Positions 9,334 to 18,604 of a stretch of DNA of 64,000 nt are shown one piece after another; position 1 is the first letter of the stretch, and every line of letters begins with the position of its first letter. The translations under genes were made by a program, and so were the position numbers. The notes under the pieces are model-generated. The model was given only the letters and a program-made list of their open reading frames with translations, ran no database searches and was not told the origin of the DNA. Source of the stretch: a virus (taxonomy: Duplodnaviria; Heunggongvirae; Uroviricota; Caudoviricetes); the IMG/VR virus record IMGVR_UViG_2663762946_000001. One strand, given 5' to 3'.

Positions 9334-10519
9334 TGATAGGTTTCTATCACAAATATCAGTAAGAAGGTGTTTGTGTGAGGATTGTAACTGACGAAGAAAA
9401 GATAAAGAGTGTTGAATTATATAAAAAGGGATTGTCAACAGTAAAAATAGGGAAGTTGTTTAACCGAGAGCCACGTACTATCAATAGAATGTTAAAAAGT
9501 ATGGGCGTTGAAATCAGGAGTAATAAGATTAATTCTCGTAAACATCATATCTATAACGAAAGGTACTTCAATAATATAGATACTCAAGAAAAAGCATACT
9601 TATTGGGTTTTATATATGCTGATGGTTTTATATCAATTAATGGTAATACTAAAAGGTTTGGTATATCAATCAATCGAGTTGATGAGTATTTATTAGAATT
9701 TGTTCGTAAAGAACTAAATACCGATTATCTCATTAACAGATATAAAGTCTCTTGTGGATATAGAGTCGGTGTAAATTATTCTCGTTTATTGATGACAAGT
9801 GATTTACTAGTTGATGATCTCATAAAACATGGAGTTGTCGAGCATAAAACCAATATATTATTGCCACCTAAAATATCAAACAATCTAAAAAGACATTTTA
9901 TCAGAGGATACATGGATGGCGATGGATCTATTAAAAAATGTAAAGGAAATTACAATTACGAATATGGAATTGATTTTGTAGGTACTACTGCTTTGCTGAC
10001 ATGGATTTATGATTATTTTTTAGAAAACAATTTAATTTCTAAAAGAAAAATCAATCTAGAAAAACGGAAAAAAGGCCAGTTAGTATCTCATATTCGTTGG
10101 GGCGGAAATCGACAAGTTCTCCGAATATTAAACCATTTATATAAGGATAGCGCTTTTTGTTTAAACAGGAAATTCGACAGATATTTACAATTGATGGAAC
10201 AAAGTAGTCCCATACAGGAGTGATCCTGTATTGCAAACCTCTTGAACCTATAAATATATAGGGTGTGGATATAAATATATCTGCTAACGGTTGAGTTCCC
10301 TTGCGGAAAAAACCGTGCTAACTCCTTGAAAAAGGAAATTGTGTAACGACTATCGAAAGGCAACGTTAAGTTGAACTGAGTAGAGTAGAGTTAATTGGTA
10401 ATTAATTCGAAGCGGGAGGCACTTATTTAATGATACTAATTAAATAAGTTGATGAGATAGTCTACTCCGACCACACAAAGATGTGGTGTTAAAGTATAAC
10501 GCAAGTTACGGTAGCTAGG
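9334..10519 (+). other. group I intron 1 in the DnaE gene, carrying a homing-endonuclease ORF
   Basis: Inferred from the polymerase alignment. Exon 1 ends ...SLAD (last nucleotide U at 9333). The protein resumes in frame at 10520 (IDHDWSGEDKIEVQKW, matching DnaE FDVDFC.DRRDEVIDYV) directly after a G at 10519. The sequence from 10224 to 10519 is a GC-richer, structured non-coding stretch. Confidence 0.55.
9375..10223 (+). CDS. LAGLIDADG homing endonuclease with two motifs, encoded inside the intron
   Basis: LLGFIYADGFI is motif 1 and FIRGYMDGDGSI is motif 2. There is an N-terminal HTH-like segment. The ORF lies entirely within the gap in the DnaE coding sequence. Confidence 0.75.
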   Translation: MRIVTDEEKIKSVELYKKGLSTVKIGKLFNREPRTINRMLKSMGVEIRSNKINSRKHHIYNERYFNNIDTQEKAYLLGFIYADGFISINGNTKRFGISINRVDEYLLEFVRKELNTDYLINRYKVSCGYRVGVNYSRLLMTSDLLVDDLIKHGVVEHKTNILLPPKISNNLKRHFIRGYMDGDGSIKKCKGNYNYEYGIDFVGTTALLTWIYDYFLENNLISKRKINLEKRKKGQLVSHIRWGGNRQVLRILNHLYKDSAFCLNRKFDRYLQLMEQSSPIQE

Positions 10520-11421
10520 ATAGATCATGATTGGTCAGGAGAAGATAAAATAGAAGTTCAAAAATGGTTGTTGACAAATCCAAATTTGCATTGCGCATCT
10601 ATTATGACAGCTAACACTTATGGACTGAAGGGCGCAATTAAAGTTATTGCAAAGGGAATGGATGGCTATAAAGACAAATCTCCGTTTGAGATTCAGGGAA
10701 TATGTAATCAAATAGATATTAAGGATAACTATCCAGACTCAATATATCAATCTCATAAGAAATTATTTGATACAGCCAAAGAGATAATTGGTGTTATTGA
10801 TTCGTTCGGTAGACATGCTTGTGGAATTGTTGTAAGTACAGAACCATTAGAAGGCGTAATGGGTACTCAAACTGTAAGTGGCTGGGATTATCCAGTAACA
10901 CAAGTTTATATGAAAGAAATAGACTATTGTAACTTCACAAAGTTTGATGTATTGGGTCTTGATAATCTTGGGTTAATAACAAAGTCTTGTGAGTTAGCTG
11001 GGTTACCTTTTTTAACACCAAACTCAACAGATATTGTCGATTTTCAAGATGAAAAAGTGTGGCAATCAATGGTCGAATCAAATATTGGTATTTTCCAATT
11101 TGAGGGAGAAAGAGCTGGTAGTATATTAAGACACTTATTCTCAGAAGAAACTATGAAAAAAATTAAAGAAAGAGTACCTGATATTAAATATATGGATTTA
11201 TTAAGTCTTGCTAATGCAGCACAAAGACCAAGTGGAGCAAGTTATCTTGAATCAGTAACGGAAGGTAAATTTACAGACAACGGGCACGATGCACTGAATA
11301 AATTTCTTGCCCCAACACTAGGAAATTTAGTTTATCAGGAACAACTTATTCAATTTTTGGTTGATTTTTGTGGATGGAGCTATGGGCAAGCTGATTTAAT
11401 TAGGCGTGGCATAGGTAAAAT
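10520..11421 (+). CDS. DNA polymerase III alpha (DnaE) exon 2
   Basis: ASIMTANTYGLKGAIKVIAKGM matches DnaE [28 protein letters not shown] matches HAAGVVIS. KFDVLGLDNLG matches DnaE DFLGLRTLT. It ends ...ADLIRRGIGK, which matches RRAMGK(KKPEEM). The exact 3' boundary is uncertain by a few nucleotides. Confidence 0.65.
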
Positions 11422-11787
11422 CTTTGCCTGTTAATGTGGAAACACATTATATGAAAGAGGACGAAATAGGGGAAGGTTGTAAAATATTAATCCCTAGATA
11501 ACACGATAAACTAAAGAATATTGTGTATTGTAACGCATAGTGGGTGAAACTGTAAAACAGAATATAATCCCACCAAGAGCGCCCTCCATGTAATCTTATA
11601 GAGATTACTATGCTAGTTTTGCCAACTAGATACCTAACGTTAAACGAGGATGAAAATGTATGCTAGTCTGAACTGGAATAGACCAGTTGATGAAAATGAG
11701 GAAAACCTCCAGAGCATGAGATAAAAAACTCATGGTTAATAACAATCGAAAAAGTCTCAAGCTATTATGGATAGCGAAGTGCCTAAG
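11422..11787 (+). other. group I intron 2 in the DnaE gene, with no ORF
   Basis: The frame terminates 4 codons after RRGIGK. The protein continues at ...KIKPSFIKTMIEKY (DnaE GKKKPEEM) near 11788. The roughly 365 nt between them are non-coding. The boundaries are approximate. Confidence 0.45.
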
Positions 11788-12924
11788 ATAAAACCTTCTT
11801 TTATTAAAACTATGATAGAAAAATATAATGATACCAAAGAACACGCAGAAGAAGTGGCAGATAGATTTATCCAGATATTCATGGATGCGGCTAATTATGG
11901 TTTTTCTGTAAATCATAGCCTTCCTTACTCCTACGTTGGATACATTGCGACATGGTTAAGATATTATTACTCTCTTGAATTTGCAACATCTGCCTTTGAA
12001 ATATGGAAAGATGATCAAAATAAAATTAATAAGGTTTCCAGTTATGCGCAAGAACATGGAATTACTCTAAAGAAAGCTATATTCGGAAAATCTAAAGGGC
12101 TGTATTTCATGGATAAAGATAATAATTCAATATACGAGGGTACTGCTTCTATTAAGGGAAATAATTCGCAGGTTGGGGATTTACTATATGATATTGCTAA
12201 AATTAAGAAGTATGAAAACTTTTGTGATCTTTTGTTAAAAATACATGACGATTCCTTTATAGCCGATAAAGAAGGAAATATTACAGCTATAGAAGACGTT
12301 TATAAGAAAGACGAAATTGAGCTTCAAAAAATAGATAAAGAGCTTAAATCAGGTGATATAGAGCTTCATCAAAATAAATATGATATTAATAAGACTAAAA
12401 TGGTAGGACTTATAAGATTGGGCTATTTTGATAAATTTGGGTCAATAAAAAAACTACAAACTATCTATGATTTCTTCAAAAAAGAGTATAAGCCTAATAA
12501 CAAAACTCTATCTGGTAAAGCTAAGAAATATCAATTGTGTGTAGAAACCGAAAAAAATACTCCAGAAGATGAGTACAGTTTTATACAATTACTAGAATTT
12601 GAATTATATTACACTGGGAAATGTAGTAAACATGATGATAGAATGCCAAGCAAATATGGCTTTATTGTTGATGTTAATAAAGGAAGGACTAGAACTAGAG
12701 CAACTGTGTATTCTATAAAGTATGGGAAAAATATGCCTATGCTTGTTGGAAATAGAGTTTATAACAATGTGCCTTTCAAAACTGGTGATCTAATTTCTAT
12801 TGAACAAATAGAGGAAAAACCAAAGTCTGTTTTCATGGACGGTCAATGGACTAAACACCCTACTGATGTAGATATTTGGGTCAAACAAGCAAAATTCATA
12901 AGAAAAGGTGAAATCAGCAAATGA
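11788..12924 (+). CDS. DNA polymerase III alpha (DnaE) exon 3
   Basis: ANYGFSVNHSLPYSYVGYIATWLRYYY matches the DnaE motif [25 protein letters not shown]. A C-terminal OB/tau-binding-like region follows. Confidence 0.65.
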   Translation: MKPSFIKTMIEKYNDTKEHAEEVADRFIQIFMDAANYGFSVNHSLPYSYVGYIATWLRYYYSLEFATSAFEIWKDDQNKINKVSSYAQEHGITLKKAIFGKSKGLYFMDKDNNSIYEGTASIKGNNSQVGDLLYDIAKIKKYENFCDLLLKIHDDSFIADKEGNITAIEDVYKKDEIELQKIDKELKSGDIELHQNKYDINKTKMVGLIRLGYFDKFGSIKKLQTIYDFFKKEYKPNNKTLSGKAKKYQLCVETEKNTPEDEYSFIQLLEFELYYTGKCSKHDDRMPSKYGFIVDVNKGRTRTRATVYSIKYGKNMPMLVGNRVYNNVPFKTGDLISIEQIEEKPKSVFMDGQWTKHPTDVDIWVKQAKFIRKGEISK

Positions 12925-13331
12925 TAAAAGATGATTTTGACAAAACTGTATTCCCAATTAAATTTTCAAAATTTTTCAAAAGTAGTGATAAAGATTTGAT
13001 AAAAGTAGTGACCGAATTAAATATGACAAAACTCTTGCTTTTTAAAGGTCAAATTGCTTCTAGTTCATATAAGAAAATTTATGAAAACTTAGAATCGAAA
13101 ATACAAAAAATATGTAAAACAGACAAGATGGTGGGTTTTGCATTAGGAAAGTCAGCTAGAAGAACTATAGTCTCAATGTTCATTCTTGACTATAATTACG
13201 TGGGTATGCCGTTAGAGATGGTCTATTGTGAGACACAAAATCATATTATATATGCACAAGAAATTGACAAGTATCTGGAGTACACTTATCCCAAAATTAT
13301 TGAACAACAAAAAATAGGAGGAATCAAATAA
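12921..13331 (+). CDS. hypothetical protein
   Basis: A 136-aa ORF with ATGA overlap coupling to both neighbours. Confidence 0.4.
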   Translation: MIKDDFDKTVFPIKFSKFFKSSDKDLIKVVTELNMTKLLLFKGQIASSSYKKIYENLESKIQKICKTDKMVGFALGKSARRTIVSMFILDYNYVGMPLEMVYCETQNHIIYAQEIDKYLEYTYPKIIEQQKIGGIK

Positions 13332-14677
13332 TGAATATAGATTATAAACTTGTAGAGGTAGCGAATATTTTCCAAAGAATTAGCGAGACAAGTTCAAAAA
13401 ATGAAAAGATATCAATTATTAAAGAGAATAATGATAATGAATTATTTAGGGATATTTTAAAGTTTGTTTTTGATGATTTTATTCGCACTGGGATTAGCAC
13501 AAAGAAAATGTCGATGACTAACTTAAATGAATCTGATAAAGAATTTGATAATATCAATCAACTTATGGATTATGTAAAAGAGAATAATACTGGTAAGTTA
13601 CAAGTTGTATCAAATATAAAGCAATTTTCGAGGGACTATTCACCTAGTGTTACGACTTTTATACATTCAATTTTTGCAAAGAATATTAAAGTTGGTATAA
13701 CTTCAAAGTCTATCAATAAAGCATTAGGAAAAGGATTTATTAAGGAATTTTCCTGTCAATTAGCTTATCCGATGGATAAATATATTAATCGTGTGGATGG
13801 AAGTGAATTTGTATTAACTCAAAAATTAGATGGGCATAGATGTATCGCAATTTACGACAAGGGAAGAGTAAATTTATTTACGAGAAAGGGTTTTCCTTAT
13901 GAGGGGTTAGAATTGGTTGAACGAGATGTTTCTAAGTTAGCTGCGTTATTCCAAAAAGAAGATGAAGGTATAGTTTTAGATGGTGAACTCGTCTTAGAGA
14001 ACGTTTCTCAACTTGAAACGAAAGATTTATTTCGAGCGACAGCAAAAGTTTTGAAGAATAGTGACATTGATAAAACTGGCATTTTATTTAATGTATTTGA
14101 TTGGATTCCGTTGGATGAGTTCTACAATTCACTTTCAGATTTGAGTTATAAGTCTCGCAGAAGAGAATTAGATAAAAACTATGAGGAATTTTTATTCGCA
14201 ACACAAGATGAAGTAAAAGTAAAATTAGTACCAAGTTTGTATATTGGGAAAGATACAAATAAAATTGCAGAGTTGCAAGACTCATTGGTTACTAAGTTAG
14301 GCTGGGAAGGATTGATGTTAAATTTTGCTGATGGAAAATATGCTACAAAAAGAACATCAGATCTTTTGAAAATTAAAAAATTCTACAGTTCCGATGTATT
14401 GGTTTTAGATGTTTATGAGGGTTCAGGTGTAAACAAAGGAAGACTTGGTGGCGTAATTATTCAATTTAAAGATACAGAAGTTCAAGTCGGTTCGGGGTTC
14501 AGCGAACAAGAAAGAATTGACTTTTGGAATAGTCCAGAAAACATTATTGGCAAAATAATTGAAGTCCAATACTTTGAAGAGTCAGAAAATCAAAATGGTG
14601 GGAAATCACTAAGATTTCCAACTTATAAAACATTGAGAGCAGAGAAAACTGTAGAAGATATTAACTATGAAAGTTGA
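13331..14677 (+). CDS. ATP-dependent DNA ligase
   Basis: Adenylation motif I KLDGHRCI (KxDG). There is a downstream nucleotidyltransferase and OB-domain pattern (DGELVL, EGLMLN, KIK). Confidence 0.75.
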   Translation: MNIDYKLVEVANIFQRISETSSKNEKISIIKENNDNELFRDILKFVFDDFIRTGISTKKMSMTNLNESDKEFDNINQLMDYVKENNTGKLQVVSNIKQFSRDYSPSVTTFIHSIFAKNIKVGITSKSINKALGKGFIKEFSCQLAYPMDKYINRVDGSEFVLTQKLDGHRCIAIYDKGRVNLFTRKGFPYEGLELVERDVSKLAALFQKEDEGIVLDGELVLENVSQLETKDLFRATAKVLKNSDIDKTGILFNVFDWIPLDEFYNSLSDLSYKSRRRELDKNYEEFLFATQDEVKVKLVPSLYIGKDTNKIAELQDSLVTKLGWEGLMLNFADGKYATKRTSDLLKIKKFYSSDVLVLDVYEGSGVNKGRLGGVIIQFKDTEVQVGSGFSEQERIDFWNSPENIIGKIIEVQYFEESENQNGGKSLRFPTYKTLRAEKTVEDINYES

Positions 14678-14735
14678 CACATACAAATAAACATATTACA
14701 ATATTAATATACTAAATTACTAGGAGAAATCATAA

Positions 14736-14903
14736 TGAATGCAAAACATTCTGAAATTAAAATTATTAAGAAATTAGCTAAGAAACAAGGAATTAAGCAC
14801 GTGTTAAGTATTAGAAGAGAAGATGAGAATGAATTTACTTTTGAGACAAATGAAGGTATCCTATATTTTATTGATTTAATAAGTAAAGAAATAAAAGCTG
14901 TAT
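14736..14903 (+). CDS. hypothetical small protein (55 aa)
   Basis: ATG at 14736 after an AGGAGAAATC ribosome-binding site. Not in the ORF track because it is shorter than 60 aa. Confidence 0.3.
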
Positions 14904-14906
14904 AGA

Positions 14907-14920
14907 AATAAACATAATGA
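14907..14920 (+). promoter_or_regulatory. class-2 phage motif AAATAAACATAATGAAAGG
   Basis: An exact copy 13 nt upstream of the ATG at 14933. Confidence 0.5.
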
Positions 14921-14932
14921 AAGGTTAGCGGA

Positions 14933-15712
14933 ATGAGTAAAAATCTAGTTTTATTAAAAGGTGATTGTCTAGAATTAATGAAAAAAATTCCAGACAAATC
15001 AATTGATATGATTTTATGTGATTTACCATATGGAACGAGCGCACTGAAATGGGATAATGTTATTCCAATAAGTATACTATGGAGTTTTTATAAGAGAATA
15101 ATAAAAAATAATGGTGCCATTGTTATTTTTGGAAGTGAACCATTTAGTAGTTTGATGCGCACTAGCAATCTTGATATGTATAAATACGATTGGAAATGGG
15201 AAAAACCTAATGGAGCTAATTTTTTGAATTTCAAATATCAACCAGCCAAGGTGTATGAAGATATCATGGTGTTTGGTAAGATGGCAACTTCATATTCAAA
15301 AAAGGGTAATATGAAATATTATCCACAAATGGAGATTGGAAAACCATATAAGGGTTTGTCTGGGAAACAAAAAAAGAAAAGCAATAATTCAACAGTACGA
15401 AGTGAAATTAGTCAAGTAGTTACTGATAATAATGGGACAAGATATCCAAGAAGTATACAAAAATTTAAGTTAGACAAAGATAAATTACATCCTACTCAAA
15501 AACCAGTAGCATTATTGGAATATTTGATTAAGACTTATACAAATGAAGGGGATTTAATACTAGATAATTGTATGGGATCGGGTTCAACAGGCGTAGCAGC
15601 AGTAAATACTAATCGTAAATTTATTGGTATGGAATTAGATAAAGAATATTTTGATATTGCTAAAAACCGCATTAGTGAACATATAGCAGGTAAAGAGGGG
15701 GTTTCAGTTTAA
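14933..15712 (+). CDS. DNA methyltransferase, N6-adenine or N4-cytosine, beta class
   Basis: Motif IV CDLPYGT is near the N-terminus and motif I LILDNCMGSGSTGVAA is near the C-terminus. This is the ParB-MTase/N6_N4_Mtase architecture. Confidence 0.75.
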   Translation: MSKNLVLLKGDCLELMKKIPDKSIDMILCDLPYGTSALKWDNVIPISILWSFYKRIIKNNGAIVIFGSEPFSSLMRTSNLDMYKYDWKWEKPNGANFLNFKYQPAKVYEDIMVFGKMATSYSKKGNMKYYPQMEIGKPYKGLSGKQKKKSNNSTVRSEISQVVTDNNGTRYPRSIQKFKLDKDKLHPTQKPVALLEYLIKTYTNEGDLILDNCMGSGSTGVAAVNTNRKFIGMELDKEYFDIAKNRISEHIAGKEGVSV

Positions 15713-16485
15713 TGAGCAAAGATTTAGTATTGCTACAAGGTGATTGTTTAGAAAATCTTACTAAAATTCCAGATCACAGCATAGACCTCTTATTAACCGA
15801 TCCTCCATATGAACACGTTATGGGTGGTATGAAATCGAAAGTATACAATAAATCAGGAACTTATAGGGCTAATAGTTATATGAATATGAAAATGTCGCAA
15901 TTTAAGCATGATAATATTTTTAATTTTTTAAATACTGTAATCCCAAAATTAAAGAAAATTAATATGTTTATATTTTGTTCAAAACTACAATTAGCACACT
16001 ATTTCAATTATATCAACCAACATAAGAAACTTAAATTCGATTTGTTAATTTGGGATAAAAGCTCAATAGAAGGTAAATATGGTATGAAGTCTAGTAAGTT
16101 TTTCACACAAGATATTGAATATGTTGTAAGAATTTACGAGAGCGGAGTTAGCCTAAACAAAATTTGGAATGAGGATCATACAAAAAGTAATTCTAGCTAC
16201 TACATGAAAAGACAAAAGTTTACTCAACCACATGGGTTACACGAATCCATGAAACCTGTAGAGTTATTACAAAGATATATAGAACTAACCTCTAATGAAA
16301 ATGATATAGTACTAGATCCATTTATGGGCAGTGGTTCAACGGGTATTGCTGCTCTGAACTTAAATAGGCGCTTTATTGGTATGGAACTTGATGATAAATA
16401 TTTTGGTGTAGCCAAAGGTAGAATAGAAAACACATTTACAGATATAAATAAACATAATGAAAGAAAAGAGGAAACGACAGTATGA
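15712..16485 (+). CDS. second DNA methyltransferase (N6/N4, beta class)
   Basis: TDPPYEH (motif IV) and VLDPFMGSGSTGIAA (motif I). It is translationally coupled to the previous methyltransferase (TAATG). Confidence 0.75.
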   Translation: MSKDLVLLQGDCLENLTKIPDHSIDLLLTDPPYEHVMGGMKSKVYNKSGTYRANSYMNMKMSQFKHDNIFNFLNTVIPKLKKINMFIFCSKLQLAHYFNYINQHKKLKFDLLIWDKSSIEGKYGMKSSKFFTQDIEYVVRIYESGVSLNKIWNEDHTKSNSSYYMKRQKFTQPHGLHESMKPVELLQRYIELTSNENDIVLDPFMGSGSTGIAALNLNRRFIGMELDDKYFGVAKGRIENTFTDINKHNERKEETTV

Positions 16486-17036
16486 TTATTGCAGTAGATT
16501 TTGATGGGACATTATGTAGCGAAGCATATCCTAATATTGGAAAGAAAAACGTTAAACTCTTCAATGCTCTAATTTATTTAAGAGAAAAGGGACATAAATT
16601 AATATTATGGACTTGTCGCAACGGACAATTATTAAGACAAGCAGAAAATTGGTGTTCTAATAATGGACTGTATTTTGATGCAGTCAATGAAAATCTACCA
16701 GAAGTTTTAAAAATATATACAGGAGTGGATTCTAGAAAAATTAGCTATGATATTTTGATTGATGATAAAAATATCAATATCAAAGATCTAAATAGTTTAT
16801 CTACTAAAAGAATTAAAGAATATATTCTTAATAAGAATCAGTATTCTGTAATGATACCACTACGGGGATTACTTAGTGATAATGGACAACAGTATTTAAG
16901 CTATAAGGATGGAAAATATTTTGCTTGTTCATATCGAGATAGTCTTAAACAAGAATTTACACAATCTGAACTGAATGATATCCCAGAAGCATTTAAACCA
17001 TTTATACCCAGATTTTTAGGAGACGATAAAATATGA
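16482..17036 (+). CDS. HAD-superfamily hydrolase, a possible nucleotide phosphatase
   Basis: The N-terminal MIIAVDFDGTL matches HAD motif I (DxDGT). There is a later Lys/Asp pattern. Confidence 0.45.
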   Translation: MIIAVDFDGTLCSEAYPNIGKKNVKLFNALIYLREKGHKLILWTCRNGQLLRQAENWCSNNGLYFDAVNENLPEVLKIYTGVDSRKISYDILIDDKNINIKDLNSLSTKRIKEYILNKNQYSVMIPLRGLLSDNGQQYLSYKDGKYFACSYRDSLKQEFTQSELNDIPEAFKPFIPRFLGDDKI

Positions 17037-17338
17037 AAAAAACAACAGAAGATGCGATAAAAGTGTTAGTTAATAGTCTGACTCAAGATACCTTACAGGA
17101 CATTGGCGCATTGCTAATTTTTAACAAGCCAACAGAGATGAAATATATTTTTGGGCTAATCGAAATTGATAATGAGTATTTGGAGAACTTGATTGCTGCA
17201 ATTGATAAACATTTAGAAGTTCATACCCCTGATCAAGAAGATACTGATATATTCCTTGATATTAAAAAACATGCAGAAGAAAGGTTGGCTTTACAAAAAA
17301 ATGAAATTGGAAACTTTAACGAAGATAATAAAAACTGA
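17033..17338 (+). CDS. hypothetical acidic protein
   Basis: A 101-aa ORF. Confidence 0.35.
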   Translation: MKKTTEDAIKVLVNSLTQDTLQDIGALLIFNKPTEMKYIFGLIEIDNEYLENLIAAIDKHLEVHTPDQEDTDIFLDIKKHAEERLALQKNEIGNFNEDNKN

Positions 17339-18119
17339 TGAAGAAAGACTTAATTTGATTAGAAATTTAGTTTTTGATTTACCTAAAACTTATGATGATT
17401 TCTTATCACTTGATAATCTTCAACAGAGTCGTACATTCAGCGTCATTTCTGCAATAGAAGAATTGACAATAAGCAAATCAAATTTTGTTGTTAAATATGT
17501 CCTAACTGAAGATAGAAGGCCACATTTTCTTAGTATCGAAAAAGGAAATATATCTACCACATGGTCAAAACCCGATGAAGAGGGAACACTATATTGTCTG
17601 ATTGGAGCATCTGGTTCAGGTAAAACAACGTTGGGCTATATGACTTTTGGCAAAAAGAAAGAAGTAATTAGTACCACTACACGTAAACCAAGAAAGAATG
17701 AAATAGATGGACAGGACTATTTCTTTGTAAACCCAAGATGTTTTGCTGAAATGTATAAAAAAGGTAAGTATGCTGAAATTGATAGCTATAATAATAACTA
17801 TTATGGAATCGAATTATCAGAGATTCAGGACAAAACTAAAAATGGAGATGCTTATGCGGTAGTTACGTATGAAGGATATAAGCAAATCAAGAAACTGCAT
17901 CCAAAAACTAAGTCTATTTTTATTTACTCCAGCTTTAGAGATACCAGGAAACAAATGGTTGAACGTGGAGATCCTTATTGGCAAATAAGTAAAAGGCTTG
18001 ATCTATATGAGAAAGATATGGAAAACAAAAATAAATGTGACTATGTTGTAGAGAACCATCTTGGTAAACTAAGTGACAGTTTAGAGCAAATTCAAGAAAT
18101 CGTAAAGGAGAATAAATAA
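17256..18119 (+). CDS. guanylate kinase-like nucleoside monophosphate kinase
   Basis: The P-loop GASGSGKTT plus STTTRKPRKNEIDGQDYFFV match the TTRxPRxGE-DG-DY-F signature of guanylate kinase. The start is uncertain: the ORF overlaps its upstream neighbour by 82 nt. Confidence 0.6.
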   Translation: MILKNMQKKGWLYKKMKLETLTKIIKTDEERLNLIRNLVFDLPKTYDDFLSLDNLQQSRTFSVISAIEELTISKSNFVVKYVLTEDRRPHFLSIEKGNISTTWSKPDEEGTLYCLIGASGSGKTTLGYMTFGKKKEVISTTTRKPRKNEIDGQDYFFVNPRCFAEMYKKGKYAEIDSYNNNYYGIELSEIQDKTKNGDAYAVVTYEGYKQIKKLHPKTKSIFIYSSFRDTRKQMVERGDPYWQISKRLDLYEKDMENKNKCDYVVENHLGKLSDSLEQIQEIVKENK

Positions 18120-18589
18120 TGAAAAGAACAGTATACTTTGGTGCAGGGTGGTTCACTCCCAAACAAGAATTAGCATATGATAAGGCAATGCACGCTTTAA
18201 AAAATAATTTAAGTGTTGATTTAGTCCATTCATATGTTCCATTAGAACATCAATATAAGGGTATCAGAGTCGATTTAAATCCCGAATATTTACATGATCT
18301 TGAATGGTCAAACGGGACATTTAATGGAGATATTTTGGGTATTAAATCGACTGATGTAGCATTATTTATTTATGTCCCCACAGAAGAAGATATTGGTTGT
18401 GGAGTCGAATTAGGATATGCGAAAGCTATTAATAAGACAATCATAGTCGCAATTCCAGATGAGGAGTGGGGTGAACCAATTAACCTTATGTCATTTGGTG
18501 CAGCCGATTCATTTATTAAATTAAGCGAACTAAACAAATATGACTTTACAAAGCCAGAATATAAATTTTATGAAGGGGAAGTTTATTAA
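18119..18589 (+). CDS. nucleoside 2-deoxyribosyltransferase
   Basis: MKRTVYFGAGWFTP...IYVPTEEDIGCGVELGYA matches the NDT-family fold and motifs. This enzyme family is essentially restricted to lactobacilli. Confidence 0.55.
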   Translation: MKRTVYFGAGWFTPKQELAYDKAMHALKNNLSVDLVHSYVPLEHQYKGIRVDLNPEYLHDLEWSNGTFNGDILGIKSTDVALFIYVPTEEDIGCGVELGYAKAINKTIIVAIPDEEWGEPINLMSFGAADSFIKLSELNKYDFTKPEYKFYEGEVY

Positions 18590-18604
18590 AACTTAGGTAA
18601 ATCA

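Noticed and set aside
16446-16459. A class-2 motif lying inside the 3' end of the second methyltransferase gene.
   Set aside because: It could look like an intragenic feature. It is positioned 23 nt before the next gene's start (16482), consistent with the promoter or leader role seen elsewhere. The overlap reflects gene packing.
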